Positions 33,485-42,993 of a stretch of DNA of 64,000 nucleotides are shown piece by piece. The notes under the pieces are model-generated. The model worked only from the letters and a program-made list of their open reading frames with translations. It ran no database searches and was not told the origin of the DNA. The DNA comes from an uncultured Chloroflexia bacterium (GTDB lineage: Bacteria > Chloroflexota > Limnocylindria > Limnocylindrales > CSP1-4), in NCBI GenBank assembly GCA_963697275.1, contig CAVONF010000005.1:241964-305963 (forward strand), written 5' to 3'. A program made the translations under genes and the position numbers. Numbering within the stretch: the stretch's first letter is position 1; each line of letters begins with the position of its first letter.

Positions 33485-33632
33485 CGCCAGATAGTAGCCG
33501 CACTGCAGCCTGTAACTCAACCCCTATATGCACGCTGCATGGTTGAAGATTTCGTAACATTCGGGAATCGCCGCCCCGCCCCCTCGAGGCCGTGGACTCG
33601 GCGTGCTGGTGACGTGGCGCGATCCGTCCCGC

Positions 33633-34337
33633 TCAGCCGGCCACGCGCAGTGCTTCGGCGAGGTCGATGCCGCCCGTGAAGAGGACCTCGCCCAGGATCA
33701 CGCCCCGCACGCCGGCATCGCGCAGCTCCCTGAGCCCATCGATGCGGCTGACGCCACCGGCGACCAGGATCTCGGCGTCGAGTCCGCTGGCGAGTCCGGG
33801 GATGACGGCAGCCGCACCATCGGCGGGCAGATGCGAGAGGACGAAGCGCCGCACTCCCGCCGCGTTCAGTTCGAGGACGAGTCCGGCGAGCGTGGGCTGG
33901 CGCCGGTGTCGCCACGGGTAGCCACGCAGGCTCTCCGGACGGGCGTCGAGCCCGACAGCCAGCCAGTCGCGGCCGATGCGCAGGCAGTCAGCCAACCGGA
34001 CGTGGTCCTCGACCACCGCCCACAGGGGCATCACCACACGGGTCGCGCCGGCTGCGAAGGCGATCTCGATCTGCTCCGGTCCATCGACCCCACCGGCCAG
34101 CTGCAGCGGCTTGGCGACCGCGCGCGCGACCGCGCCGATGGCCTCGAGATTGGCCGGGCTGCCCTGCCGTGCTCCATCGAGATCGACCAGGTGGATGGCC
34201 GGTGCGCCTTGGGCCACGAGAGACTCGGCGATAGCGGCCGGCCGGTCCGTCGGTGTCCCCGCCCCGGTCGATGCTCCCGGCCACCACACCAGCCGGGAGC
34301 GTCCGGCCTGGATGTCCAGGCTGGGGATGACCTGCAT
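33633..34337 (-). CDS. Divergent HisA/HisF-family TIM-barrel protein
   Basis: VIPSLDI..G, IHLVDLDGA, LQLAGGV, VGLDAR, VAGGV....L..L...GV.GVILGE.LF. Confidence 0.8.
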   Translation of the reverse strand: MQVIPSLDIQAGRSRLVWWPGASTGAGTPTDRPAAIAESLVAQGAPAIHLVDLDGARQGSPANLEAIGAVARAVAKPLQLAGGVDGPEQIEIAFAAGATRVVMPLWAVVEDHVRLADCLRIGRDWLAVGLDARPESLRGYPWRHRRQPTLAGLVLELNAAGVRRFVLSHLPADGAAAVIPGLASGLDAEILVAGGVSRIDGLRELRDAGVRGVILGEVLFTGGIDLAEALRVAG

Positions 34338-36031
34338 CAGCGACCGCTACCGGACCCGGGCCGGGTGGCCCCGCCGCCCTCGCCGGCAAGGAGTCGGCGG
34401 TGGAACGAGACCGGCAGGCTGCCCGAATAGAGCAGGGCATCGTGGAAACCCTTCAGCGAGAACGCCGCGCCATGGCGGGCCCGCTCAGCGTCGCGCAAGC
34501 GAAGCAGCAGCACCTTGCCGAGCAGGTACGAGAGGTTGTAGCTGGGCGTCTGCGTATAGCGGTGCACCTCTGCCTGCGCCACCGGCCGCTCGAAGCGGGT
34601 GTGCTCGACCAGGAAGTCCACGGCCTCGTCGACGCCGATCTCGCCCCGATGGAGGCGGATGTCGAGGACGATCCGGGCGGCGCGCCAGATGGCGTCGGTG
34701 GCCACGATGACGCGTCGGGCGGGTGTGTCCTCGAAGCCCTGTTCGAGCATCATCTGCTCGCAGTACATGGCCCAGCCTTCGTGGAACTCCGGCGCGTCCG
34801 TGAGCAGCCGAGCCGGCGTCGGCGAGGCCAGCGCGGCCGAGAACTGAAGGTGATGGCCCGGGTAGGCCTCGTGGACGCTGGTGTTCACGATGGATGACCA
34901 GTTGTGCTCCAGCATCGCGCGCCGGTCGCCGTCCACCGAGGGCGTGACGATGTAGACACCCCGGATGGGCCGGTCGAACGCGGCTGGCTCGAAGTAGGCC
35001 GCCAACGGGACCAGGCTGCGCATGTGCACCGGCGTGGGCAGCACCTCGATGACGTCGTCCGCGGGCAGGGTCGCCAGGTCGTGCTCCGCGATGAAGCTCC
35101 GCGCCCGCAGCATGGCGTCGCGGTAGCCGGCCAGGGCGGCCTCGAAGTCGGTCGGGCCAGCGGCCTTGACGCGGTCCACCACGTCAGCTTCGCTGAGACC
35201 CGGGTCGATGGCCCGCCCGGCCTCCCGCCGGTATCGATGCATGGCTTCGAGCTGCTCCCAGCCGATGGCCAGGATGGCCCCACTGTCGAGGCCGTCGAGC
35301 GCGCGCAGGCCGATGAGCTGGTCGAAGGCCTCGCCCCCGAGGGCGAAGTCGTCGCTGGCGCCATCGAGCGTCGAGCCGACCCAGGTCGCGTAGTCAGCGA
35401 GCCCGTGGCGGGCTTCGCGCGCCGCCTTCTCGAGACGGGTCAGCGCAGCACTCCCGGCCCCCCAGTGCCGCTGTGCCGCGGTCACGATCTCCTCGATGAG
35501 CCTGGGCAGATCGCCGGCGGCGCGGATCTCCAGCTCGTTCCAGAGGCGCACCGGGCGGCTCCCGAGGCGATCGCGCGCTTGCCGCAGCGCCGTGGGCACG
35601 GCCTCCAGCCGGAGCGTCAGGGATTCGAGCCGTTGGTCGAGGGGTGCGAAATCGCGCGCCAGCAGCAGGAAGAGGGCGTCGCCGATCTCATGAACGGCCG
35701 AGGCACGGCGTTGCCAGCCGCGGATGACGTCCGCTTCGAAATGCCGCAGCCGAGCGCCGTGGAGAGCCACGTCCCGCTCGAAGCGCGACGCCTCCGACAG
35801 GGTCGTCGGAGCGACGAGTTCGAGGTCGCTGATGAAGCGGGCTTCGGCGGCCATGTCGGCTTCCATGGCCGCCCGTGAGAGATCGGCCAGCCGACCGTCG
35901 TAGGCGTGGACGCCCAGGTAGGTGGCGTGGCTCGGCCACGTCTCCATGAGGGCATCGAAGCGCGACCGGATGAGTGCCTCGAGCCGTCCGTCGGCTTCGA
36001 CCGTGCTCGCGGACGCCTGGTCCTCGTTCAT
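34337..36031 (-). CDS. DUF885 family protein
   Basis: ATYLG.H.YD, HEAYPGHHLQ, EGWAMYCE, RAAR..LD..LH, RYTQTP..NLSY.LG. Confidence 0.9.
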   Translation of the reverse strand: MNEDQASASTVEADGRLEALIRSRFDALMETWPSHATYLGVHAYDGRLADLSRAAMEADMAAEARFISDLELVAPTTLSEASRFERDVALHGARLRHFEADVIRGWQRRASAVHEIGDALFLLLARDFAPLDQRLESLTLRLEAVPTALRQARDRLGSRPVRLWNELEIRAAGDLPRLIEEIVTAAQRHWGAGSAALTRLEKAAREARHGLADYATWVGSTLDGASDDFALGGEAFDQLIGLRALDGLDSGAILAIGWEQLEAMHRYRREAGRAIDPGLSEADVVDRVKAAGPTDFEAALAGYRDAMLRARSFIAEHDLATLPADDVIEVLPTPVHMRSLVPLAAYFEPAAFDRPIRGVYIVTPSVDGDRRAMLEHNWSSIVNTSVHEAYPGHHLQFSAALASPTPARLLTDAPEFHEGWAMYCEQMMLEQGFEDTPARRVIVATDAIWRAARIVLDIRLHRGEIGVDEAVDFLVEHTRFERPVAQAEVHRYTQTPSYNLSYLLGKVLLLRLRDAERARHGAAFSLKGFHDALLYSGSLPVSFHRRLLAGEGGGATRPGSGSGR

Positions 36032-36057
36032 GTTCCCCCCTCCCGTGTCGGGTCTGC

Positions 36058-37155
36058 TCAGACCGTGACCGCGGCGAGCCCGGATGACCGCAGTGCCTGT
36101 CTCGCGGCCTCCAGCGCCCGCTCGATGTCGGCCGCCTCGATGCCGTAGTGCGTCAGGGCGCGGATGTGGCCGTGGCTGTACTCGATGCAGTCGACGCCTC
36201 GCTGCCTCAGTTCGGTCATGAACGCCGCTCGAGCCGTCAGCCGGTCCTGGCCGGGACGTGGGCGCACCCCGAAGACGACGTAGTTGGTGACCACGCGCCT
36301 GGGATCGAGGTCGGTGATGCCGTCCAGCGCCGCCAGCCCCTCGGCCAGCAGGCGCGCGTTGCGGTGATCCTCCGCGAGCCGCTCGATCATGCCCGCGGGA
36401 CCCTCCCGGAGGGCGACCAGGCCGGCCGCTGCCAGCACGCCTACCTGGCGCATGCCGCCGCCGACCAGCTTGCGGGCCCGCCGCGCGCGCTCGACAAAGT
36501 CGCCGCTGCCGACGACGATCGAGCCGACGGGGCAGGCCAGTCCCTTGGAGAGGCAGAAGGTGGCGCTGTCCGCGTCGGCCAGCAGTCTGTGGGCCGGGGT
36601 GCCCAGCGCGACCACGGCGTTGAACAGCCGTGCCCCGTCGACGTGGAGGGGCACGTCGTGCTCGTGGGCGACCGCAGCGACGGTGCTCGTGTACGCGGCC
36701 GTGAGCGGCTGGCCCATCGAATGGGCGTGCGTGTTCTCGAGCATGACCAGTGCCGTGGGTGGCTCGTGGATGTCGTAGGGGTCGCGCATCGCCGCGCGGA
36801 TGGCCTCGATGGCCATGGTGCCGTCCGCCTCGGCCGACACCGGCCTGACGGTGGCGCCGCTGACGACGGCGTGCCCCCCGGCCTCGTCGAGGATGACGTG
36901 TGACTCCGCCTCGGCCACGATCTCACCGCCGCGTGGCACGTGGACCATGTGGGCCACCAGGTTGCCCATCGTGCCGCTGGCAACGAACAGGGCAGCCTCC
37001 TTGCCGGTCAGCTCAGCAGCGCGCTCCTGGAGCGCGTTGACGGTGGGGTCGTCGCCGAAGACGTCATCGCCGACCTCGGCCGCGGCCATGGCTCGGCGCA
37101 TCTCGGGGGTCGGCTTGGTGACGGTGTCGGATCGCAGGTCGATGAGGTCGGGCAT
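36058..37155 (-). CDS. ltaE: Low-specificity L-threonine aldolase
   Basis: [47 protein letters not shown]. Confidence 0.95.
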   Translation of the reverse strand: MPDLIDLRSDTVTKPTPEMRRAMAAAEVGDDVFGDDPTVNALQERAAELTGKEAALFVASGTMGNLVAHMVHVPRGGEIVAEAESHVILDEAGGHAVVSGATVRPVSAEADGTMAIEAIRAAMRDPYDIHEPPTALVMLENTHAHSMGQPLTAAYTSTVAAVAHEHDVPLHVDGARLFNAVVALGTPAHRLLADADSATFCLSKGLACPVGSIVVGSGDFVERARRARKLVGGGMRQVGVLAAAGLVALREGPAGMIERLAEDHRNARLLAEGLAALDGITDLDPRRVVTNYVVFGVRPRPGQDRLTARAAFMTELRQRGVDCIEYSHGHIRALTHYGIEAADIERALEAARQALRSSGLAAVTV

Positions 37156-37223
37156 GAGATCGAGCATAGCGACGCTCGCCGCCAGACGTGCCGGGCCACT
37201 CCCTGCTACTCTCCCTCTTCGCG

Positions 37224-37300
37224 GGACCCGTGGTGTAGCGGCCTAACATGCCAGCCTGTCACGCTGGAGATCGCCGGTTCGAATCCGGTCGGGTCCGCCA
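37224..37300 (+). tRNA. tRNA-Asp(GTC)
   Basis: GGACCCGTGGTGTAGCGGCCTAACATGCCAGCCT-GTC-ACGCTGGAGATCGCCGGTTCGAATCCGGTCGGGTCCGCCA. Confidence 0.97.
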
Positions 37301-37361
37301 GGTCCGGCTTCGCCGACCTGTCCCATCCTCCGTGCCCACCCCGCAGAAGCGACGAGTCGAG

Positions 37362-39165
37362 ATGCGCGACGCTGCCACCGACCCCCGACGAGCCGAGCTG
37401 GTCTCCAGGCTCCTGGTGATGGTGCTGGCCGGCCTCTTCCTCTTCGGCCTCCTCGGCTTCGCAGCGGCGGTGCTCGATGCGGGCGATGCGCGTTCATCGC
37501 CCCCGGCGCGCCCCTCACTCCCGCCCGACGCTGTCGCGCTGGACGACGCTGTCACGCTCGCGGAGGAGCAGGCGCCCCGCATCGCCGAGCAGGCGCCCCG
37601 CATCGCCGAGCAGGCGCCCCGCATCCTGCTTGCCCTCGCCGAGGAGCCTGTGGCCACGGCCTCTGCGCCGCCCATCGACCGATCCACGGCCGCCCAGGCA
37701 GGGTCCAGCCCTCCGCCGGCCAGCATGGCTCCCGCCGCCAGCGACGTCAGACTCTTCGTGACCGAGCAGGTGATGCCTGTGGTCCCGGTGGTGCGCTTCT
37801 GGTCCACGCTGGAGGGCCTCCCCAGTCGCGGCATCGTCCGCGCCCTGGAGACCGGCAAGCTGCAGGGTGTTGGACGCATCGTCGTGGCGGACGGCATCGC
37901 CGATGCGCTGGCCGCTGCGCTCGGGATCGAATTGCATCCGGATGTCGTTCGCGGCGACGTGGAGGCTGTCCGCCGCGCCATCCGCCGTGGCGGATTGGGG
38001 TTGCTGCCGGCCACCGACCTTGCGCCGTCGATGCGCTCGCTCCGGATCGACGGTCGTGCGCTGGTGGGCAACGACCGCGTGAAGCGCCTGGCCGACTGGC
38101 CGCTCAGCGTCACGCAGCAGCTCGCCGAAGGCGAGGGCTGGGACGCAGTCCCGGACGTGGGTGCTGGTGGCAGGCGGGGACTCCTTCACCGATCGCGGCG
38201 TCTACGACTCCGTGGTGCGCCGGGGCAGGGGCGTGGACTACCCCTTCGACGGTGGCAGCGCGCGTGTCACCGGCCAGGTCTGCTGTGACCCGGTCTTCAA
38301 CGACAATCTCGTGCCGCGCTACGAGCTCACCGGCAACAAGGGTGTCGTGCGCCGTCTCTTCAAGGACGCCGAGCTCGCCATCGTCAACCACGAGATGCCG
38401 GTCACCGACGACTGGGGCTTCCACCGCAGCGGCCTGCGCTTCTCGGGCAAGCCCGAGCTGACCAGCATCTTCGTGCGCGCCGGCATCGACTGGGTCTCCC
38501 TGGCCAACAACCACATCAAGGACTACGGCGCCAAGGGCATCGCGGACTCGCGCCGTATCCTGCGCCGCTACGGGCTCGGTTTCGGTGGCGCCGGCAGGGA
38601 TCTCGAGCAGGCACGCCGCATCAGCTATCTCGACGCCGGCGAGACCCGTCTGGCCATCATCCCCTGCGTCGGCGTGGTGCCCTACTCGTGGGCCGGACCG
38701 CGCGACAGTGGCGGCACACCCTGCCTCGATCGCTACCTCGTGCCCGACATCAAGAAGGCCTCGCGCAAGGCCGACGTGGTCCTGGTCTTCCCGCACTGGG
38801 GTGTCGAGTACACGCGCCAGCCGCTGCCGTCACAGCGCAAGCACGCAGCCCGCTGGGTGAAGGCCGGGGCAGACCTCATCCTCGGTGCCCACAGCCACGT
38901 GGCCGGCGCCATCGAGGACATCGACGGCCGCCCGGTCCTGTACTCGCTGGGCAACCTCATCTTCGACCAGCACTGGTCCACGAACACGATGGAGTCCGCC
39001 CTGGTGGAGGCGACCTTCCACGGCGACCAGCTGGTCGAGCTTCGGCTCTGGCCGTATGTCGTTCACGCGCAATCACAGCCGAACCTGCTCGATCCAGCCA
39101 GCGCTGAGGGTCGCCGCCTGCTCAGGCAGGTCAGGGACGCCTCCGCCGCCTGGCTCGACTGGTAG
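37362..39165 (+). CDS. CapA/PGA_cap family metallophosphatase with N-terminal TM anchor (frameshift near 38150)
   Basis: AGGD, NHE.P, SLANNH..DYG..G, HWGVEY, GADLILGAHSH, YSLGNLIFDQ. Confidence 0.88.
37566..37626 (+). repeat. In-frame 21-nt tandem repeat (about three copies)
   Basis: GAGCAGGCGCCCCGCATCGCC repeated, encoding EQAPRIA. Confidence 0.9.
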
Positions 39166-39215
39166 TCAGGGCGGCGCGCCATTCGCTCCGTGGGAAGCGA
39201 CCTGGCGCTCTTCGA

Positions 39216-40061
39216 CTACGCGAGGCCGACCTCCCGAGCCGTCGGCCACAGGCCCAGGTCGAGGCTGGGGACCAGCTCCGGGAGCTGGGCGAGGTCCGGT
39301 GCGTAGCCGTCGAGGAGTGCTGCTCGCAGGGATGGAGCGGGCTCGTACCTGGCCCGTGTCGTGGGGTTGACCTCACCCCGGAAGGCAGCCGCCTCCGGCT
39401 CGAACGCGTCCAGGCCCAGGAAGGCGTAGGTGCGCGCCAGCTGCTGCGGCGGGTCGGCCCGGCAGGCTTCGTACTGCCCGATGAAGACCTGCCCGGCCGG
39501 GAAGGCGTTCATGACCCGACGCAGCTGCGGGGCGTAGAGGCCGCGCTGGAACGCGCCCTGGATGTCGCGGTGACCGAGCGGGTCCCGCGAGGTCGCGAGC
39601 TGATGCGTCAGGCCGGAGCGGAAGCGTTCCACGGGGTCGCGCAACAGGATGAGGATGCGCGCGTCGGGAGCCGCCCGCGCGATGAGCTCCGGCGTCCAGA
39701 AATCGATGAGGTAGCCGGGCGTCCATTCACCGGCGACCGAGCCCGGAGGGCGCGGGAAGTGGCGCCAGTAGCGCTGCACATCGGCCTCATCGAAGGACTC
39801 CTCCCAGGCGCGATCGAAGAAGTGCAGCTCCTTGGGCTGTCCACCGCTGCTGACGACGTCGGGATGGCGGGCGATCAGGGCGTTCCACCAGGACGTGCCC
39901 GCCTTCTGGGCACCGAGTCCCACGTAGTGGGGCGGTCCGGTCTGCCAACCCGGCGGACACGGCGGCGGGTCCGGCGGACCCGGTGGCCTGGGTCCGCGCC
40001 AGCGGTACCATGCCCGCGAGCCTCGCACGGCGAGGCGTCGCGCTCGTGCCCGGAGGGTCAC
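39216..40061 (-). CDS. Sulfotransferase family protein
   Basis: GAQKAGTSWW, KELHFFD, GEWTPGY, LLRDPVERFRSG. Confidence 0.88.
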   Translation of the reverse strand: MTLRARARRLAVRGSRAWYRWRGPRPPGPPDPPPCPPGWQTGPPHYVGLGAQKAGTSWWNALIARHPDVVSSGGQPKELHFFDRAWEESFDEADVQRYWRHFPRPPGSVAGEWTPGYLIDFWTPELIARAAPDARILILLRDPVERFRSGLTHQLATSRDPLGHRDIQGAFQRGLYAPQLRRVMNAFPAGQVFIGQYEACRADPPQQLARTYAFLGLDAFEPEAAAFRGEVNPTTRARYEPAPSLRAALLDGYAPDLAQLPELVPSLDLGLWPTAREVGLA

Positions 40062-40097
40062 GAGTGGGTCCGCCGCGTCACGCCGCAGCTCGGAGGA

Positions 40098-40870
40098 TCA
40101 CGCCGGGGCTCGCCACAGCGACAGATCGAGGTCGGGGAGCAGGGCGGCCAGGCGCTCGTTCTCCGGGGCGTAGTGGCGAGCCAGCTGTTCGGTCTGCCGC
40201 GCACTCAGGATGACCTTGGGGCCACGTGACTCGTTGACCCGCTGCGCCAGGTCGATGCCCGGAGGATCTCCGGCGGCAGCCCGATGAACTCGAGGGTGCG
40301 TGCCAGCTGTGCTGCCGGGTCGGCGACGCACTGCTCGTACTGGAGCACCAGCACCTGCTCGCGGGGGAAGGAGCGCCATAGTCGCAACAGCTGGTCCGCG
40401 TAGAGGCCGCGGTTGAAGGCTGCGTTGGCTGCCGCGCGCGCGGTCGCACCGACGGTGAAGCGGTTCTCGGCGAGGGTGCGGCCGGAGCGGAATCGCTCCA
40501 CGGGGTCACGCAGCAGCACCAGCAGGTGCGCGTTCGGTGCGGCCTGGCGGAGCAGTGGCGGCGTCCAGGCGTCGAGCATGTAGCCGGGCGTCCACTCGCC
40601 GCTGAGGTGGCCCTCTGGTCGGGCGAAGAGCGTGTGATAGCGCTCGATGTCACCTGGCCCCAGGCCGCGCTCCCAGAGCCCGTCGAAGAAGTGCACTTCC
40701 TTGGGGGTGGTCGGGTCGCGGAAGACCCTCGGGTGCTGGTTGATGAGGCTGTCCCACCAGCTGGTGCCGGAACGGGCCGTGCCCACACCCACGTAGTCGG
40801 GTGGTCCGGGCCGGGCGTCCTGGTGTGCTGCCGTCGCGTGGGGCTGCCAGGCGTGCTGCTGGGACTGCAT
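40098..40870 (-). CDS. Sulfotransferase family protein (frameshift near 40265)
   Basis: GTARSGTSWW, KEVHFFD, GEWTPGY, LLRDPVERFRSG, DLDLSLW. Confidence 0.87.
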
Positions 40871-40956
40871 CGGCCTGATGATAGGTCGGCACGAGCGGCA
40901 TCAGCGTCCCTCGCGCGTTCGGAGTGGCAGGCCACCGGGGGCGGCAGCCACACGAA

Positions 40957-40990
40957 GAACGGCCCGGCCCCTGCTGGGGCCGGGCCGTTC
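40957..40990 (-). terminator. Intrinsic terminator downstream of Flp pilin 1
   Basis: GAACGGCCCGGCCCC-tgct-GGGGCCGGGCCGTTC, followed by TTC on the minus strand. Confidence 0.8.
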
Positions 40991-41029
40991 CTTCGGCTCT
41001 TTGTGAGCTCAGGGCAAGGGCACGCTTGC

Positions 41030-41238
41030 TTATGCCCCGCTACTGTTGAGCACGCTCCCGATACTCGAGAGGATGTCGTTGATCGCGCCGCCCGAGGAAC
41101 AGCAGTGCGGCGACCGCGAGGATCGCGATGAGCGCCAGGATCGAGCGCGTACTCGGCGAGCCCCTGGCCCTCCTCGTCGTTGCCCGACTCGAACCGCTCG
41201 CGAACCAGGTAGTACTGATTCAGAAGGAACGCGACCAT
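41030..41238 (-). CDS. flp: Flp family type IVb pilin (two frameshifts)
   Basis: EEG|QGLAEYAL-ILALIAILAVAALLFL-GGAINDILSSIGSVLNSSGA*. GGAGG SD upstream. Confidence 0.88.
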
Positions 41239-41332
41239 TCGATGGTCCTCCGTTTCTTGTGGCTCCCCGCCGCGACGGGTCGCCGGATGGATGAATGCGC
41301 TCGGGACCCAGAGTGGGACCCGTGCATGACGG

Positions 41333-41360
41333 ATGCTACAGCCCCGTCACCGGCTGTCAA
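41333..41360 (-). promoter_or_regulatory. Sigma70-type promoter of Flp pilin 1
   Basis: TTGACA-N16-TAGCAT. Confidence 0.6.
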
Positions 41361-41515
41361 TCAGGACGCAGATGCTGGGGTGCAGGCTGGCAACACGTCC
41401 TCAGTGACGTCGATGATGCTGTCGCCGCATGGCGTCGTCCATGGCACCTCTGGGGCCCTGGACCGGGACCTTCGGCGGGGTCTCGGGCCAGTCGGATGGG
41501 GTTGGGTGCGGTCCC

Positions 41516-41701
41516 CTACTCGGACAGAACCGCCTCGTCGACGCGACCCCCGATGAGCGAGATGAGGTCGGCCACGGCATCGCCGAGGAAGACGAATGAG
41601 AGAGCCGTGACGACCACGATGAGCACGAGCACCAGCAGCAATTCGAGCCGGTGCTGATCACCCTCCTGGTGACGTCCCAGCAGCATCGCCAGGAAGCGCA
41701 T
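41516..41701 (-). CDS. Flp-like small pilin with a degenerate cleavage motif
   Basis: QEGDQHRLELLLVLVLIVVVTALSFVFLGDAVADLISLIG has pilin-like size and hydrophobic helix. Confidence 0.6.
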   Translation of the reverse strand: MRFLAMLLGRHQEGDQHRLELLLVLVLIVVVTALSFVFLGDAVADLISLIGGRVDEAVLSE

Positions 41702-41778
41702 GGCTACCCTCAAGCGACAGGCCTCACATCCTCGCTCGGACGCTTGTCATCTCCGCCCACCCGGGCCCTCCGGCGGGT

Positions 41779-42174
41779 CTACTCGCCGATGACGGACCAG
41801 ATGAAACCCATGAAGATGAAGATGCCGGCGAAGAGGCCGATGAGGGCCGGGACGCCGACGGTGTTCACCTCGAGGTTCAGGCTGGCCAGGAGTCCCATCG
41901 AGGCTGCCCAACCGATGATGAGTGCCAGGAAGAGGTACTTGGCGTTGACCGTCGTGATCGCCTGCACCCACGCTGTGCGACGACGCTCTGGTGTGATGAG
42001 GATGATGAGCAGCAGGCTCACCATGAAGGCGCCCAGCAGGACCCCGCCGCCGAAGCCGATGAACTGGCTCTTCTCGAGCTCCGTCCTGAAGGCGCCGTAC
42101 AACGAGAAGACGACCACGCCCAGCAGCACGAAGGCGAGGACGTAGCCGAGCATGCGCAGTCGTTCCCAGGTCAT
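41779..42174 (-). CDS. Hypothetical membrane protein (4 TM)
   Basis: 131 aa hydrophobic ORF with an internal repeat (FIGFGGGVLLG / LIGLFAGIFI). TAGACT lies 9 nt before the ATG. Confidence 0.75.
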   Translation of the reverse strand: MTWERLRMLGYVLAFVLLGVVVFSLYGAFRTELEKSQFIGFGGGVLLGAFMVSLLLIILITPERRRTAWVQAITTVNAKYLFLALIIGWAASMGLLASLNLEVNTVGVPALIGLFAGIFIFMGFIWSVIGE

Positions 42175-42307
42175 GGCGCCCGGAGTCTAGCAAACGGCCG
42201 CGTCGTCGGAGCAGGCCACCAGGTGACGACGAAGGCAGACACCATGTGCCAGGCGCAGCATCCCACCGCGACGGCTGCGGCTGGGACCGAACGCGGCGAT
42301 GAGTGGG

Positions 42308-42571
42308 CTACGGGAGGTTGTCGACGACGTTCCTGATCTCGGAGCCGATGGGGTCGGCCAGCACGCTGGAGAGTTGCAGACCGAAGAACGCCAGCGCAGC
42401 GATGGCGACGATGGCGATGAAGGCCAGGATGAGCGCGTATTCGGCCAGGCCCTGGCCGCGCTCGGTGTCGGAGCGCGTCGTGCGTGCACCGACCCAAGCG
42501 ACGTAGATCATGGTCGCCAGCTGTGCCAGTCCGGTCGTTACGTCCCCCACTCTGGTTCGTAGCTTGTCCAT
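42308..42571 (-). CDS. flp: Flp family type IVb pilin
   Basis: ERG|QGLAEYALILAFIAIVAIAALAFFG. GGAGAG SD upstream. Confidence 0.9.
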   Translation of the reverse strand: MDKLRTRVGDVTTGLAQLATMIYVAWVGARTTRSDTERGQGLAEYALILAFIAIVAIAALAFFGLQLSSVLADPIGSEIRNVVDNLP

Positions 42572-42993
42572 GTGCCGGTCTCTCCGATGATGGACGAGCC
42601 GACCACGATGTCGTCCTGCCTCTCCTCGCCGCACCGCCGCGGAGAGCCATCGCGGCGAGGACCGATCGCCTCTCCTGGCAGCCACCCGGGATGATGATGA
42701 AGACGACGGGTACCTGCCCGGAAGATCACGCCGGTGGACAGGGTCAGGGGCGACACGCTCGGTCTGTGCCCCTGTCGATCGTATGCAGCTGTCCGGGGAT
42801 GGATGGAATACGCCGGATCCGCAGCCGGGGCCACGATGGCCACGCGGGTCCAGGCAATGGCAACGTAGCGCGTTCGCGGCGCCGCCGATATGGCACTTAT
42901 GAGCCACGAAGGTCGGTGTGTCAAGTCACCAGGCGGCCCGGACCGGAGAAAGTGGTGCGTCGGGGTATCATCGCCGCCCACGCAGGAGCGACA

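Noticed and set aside
40078-41238. 386-aa ORF beginning with a Flp N-terminus (apparent pilin fusion)
   Set aside because: It is an artefact of frameshifts in flp. It runs through a terminator and overlaps a sulfotransferase out of frame.
37224-42600. Genomic island integrated at tRNA-Asp or tRNA-Arg
   Set aside because: I saw no integrase, no duplicated tRNA 3' end and no obvious compositional shift.
41262-42810. Direct pairing of the sRNA G-rich tract with the CATCCATCC leader motifs
   Set aside because: The best matches by eye contain internal mismatches within 6 nt. This needs computation before it can be claimed.
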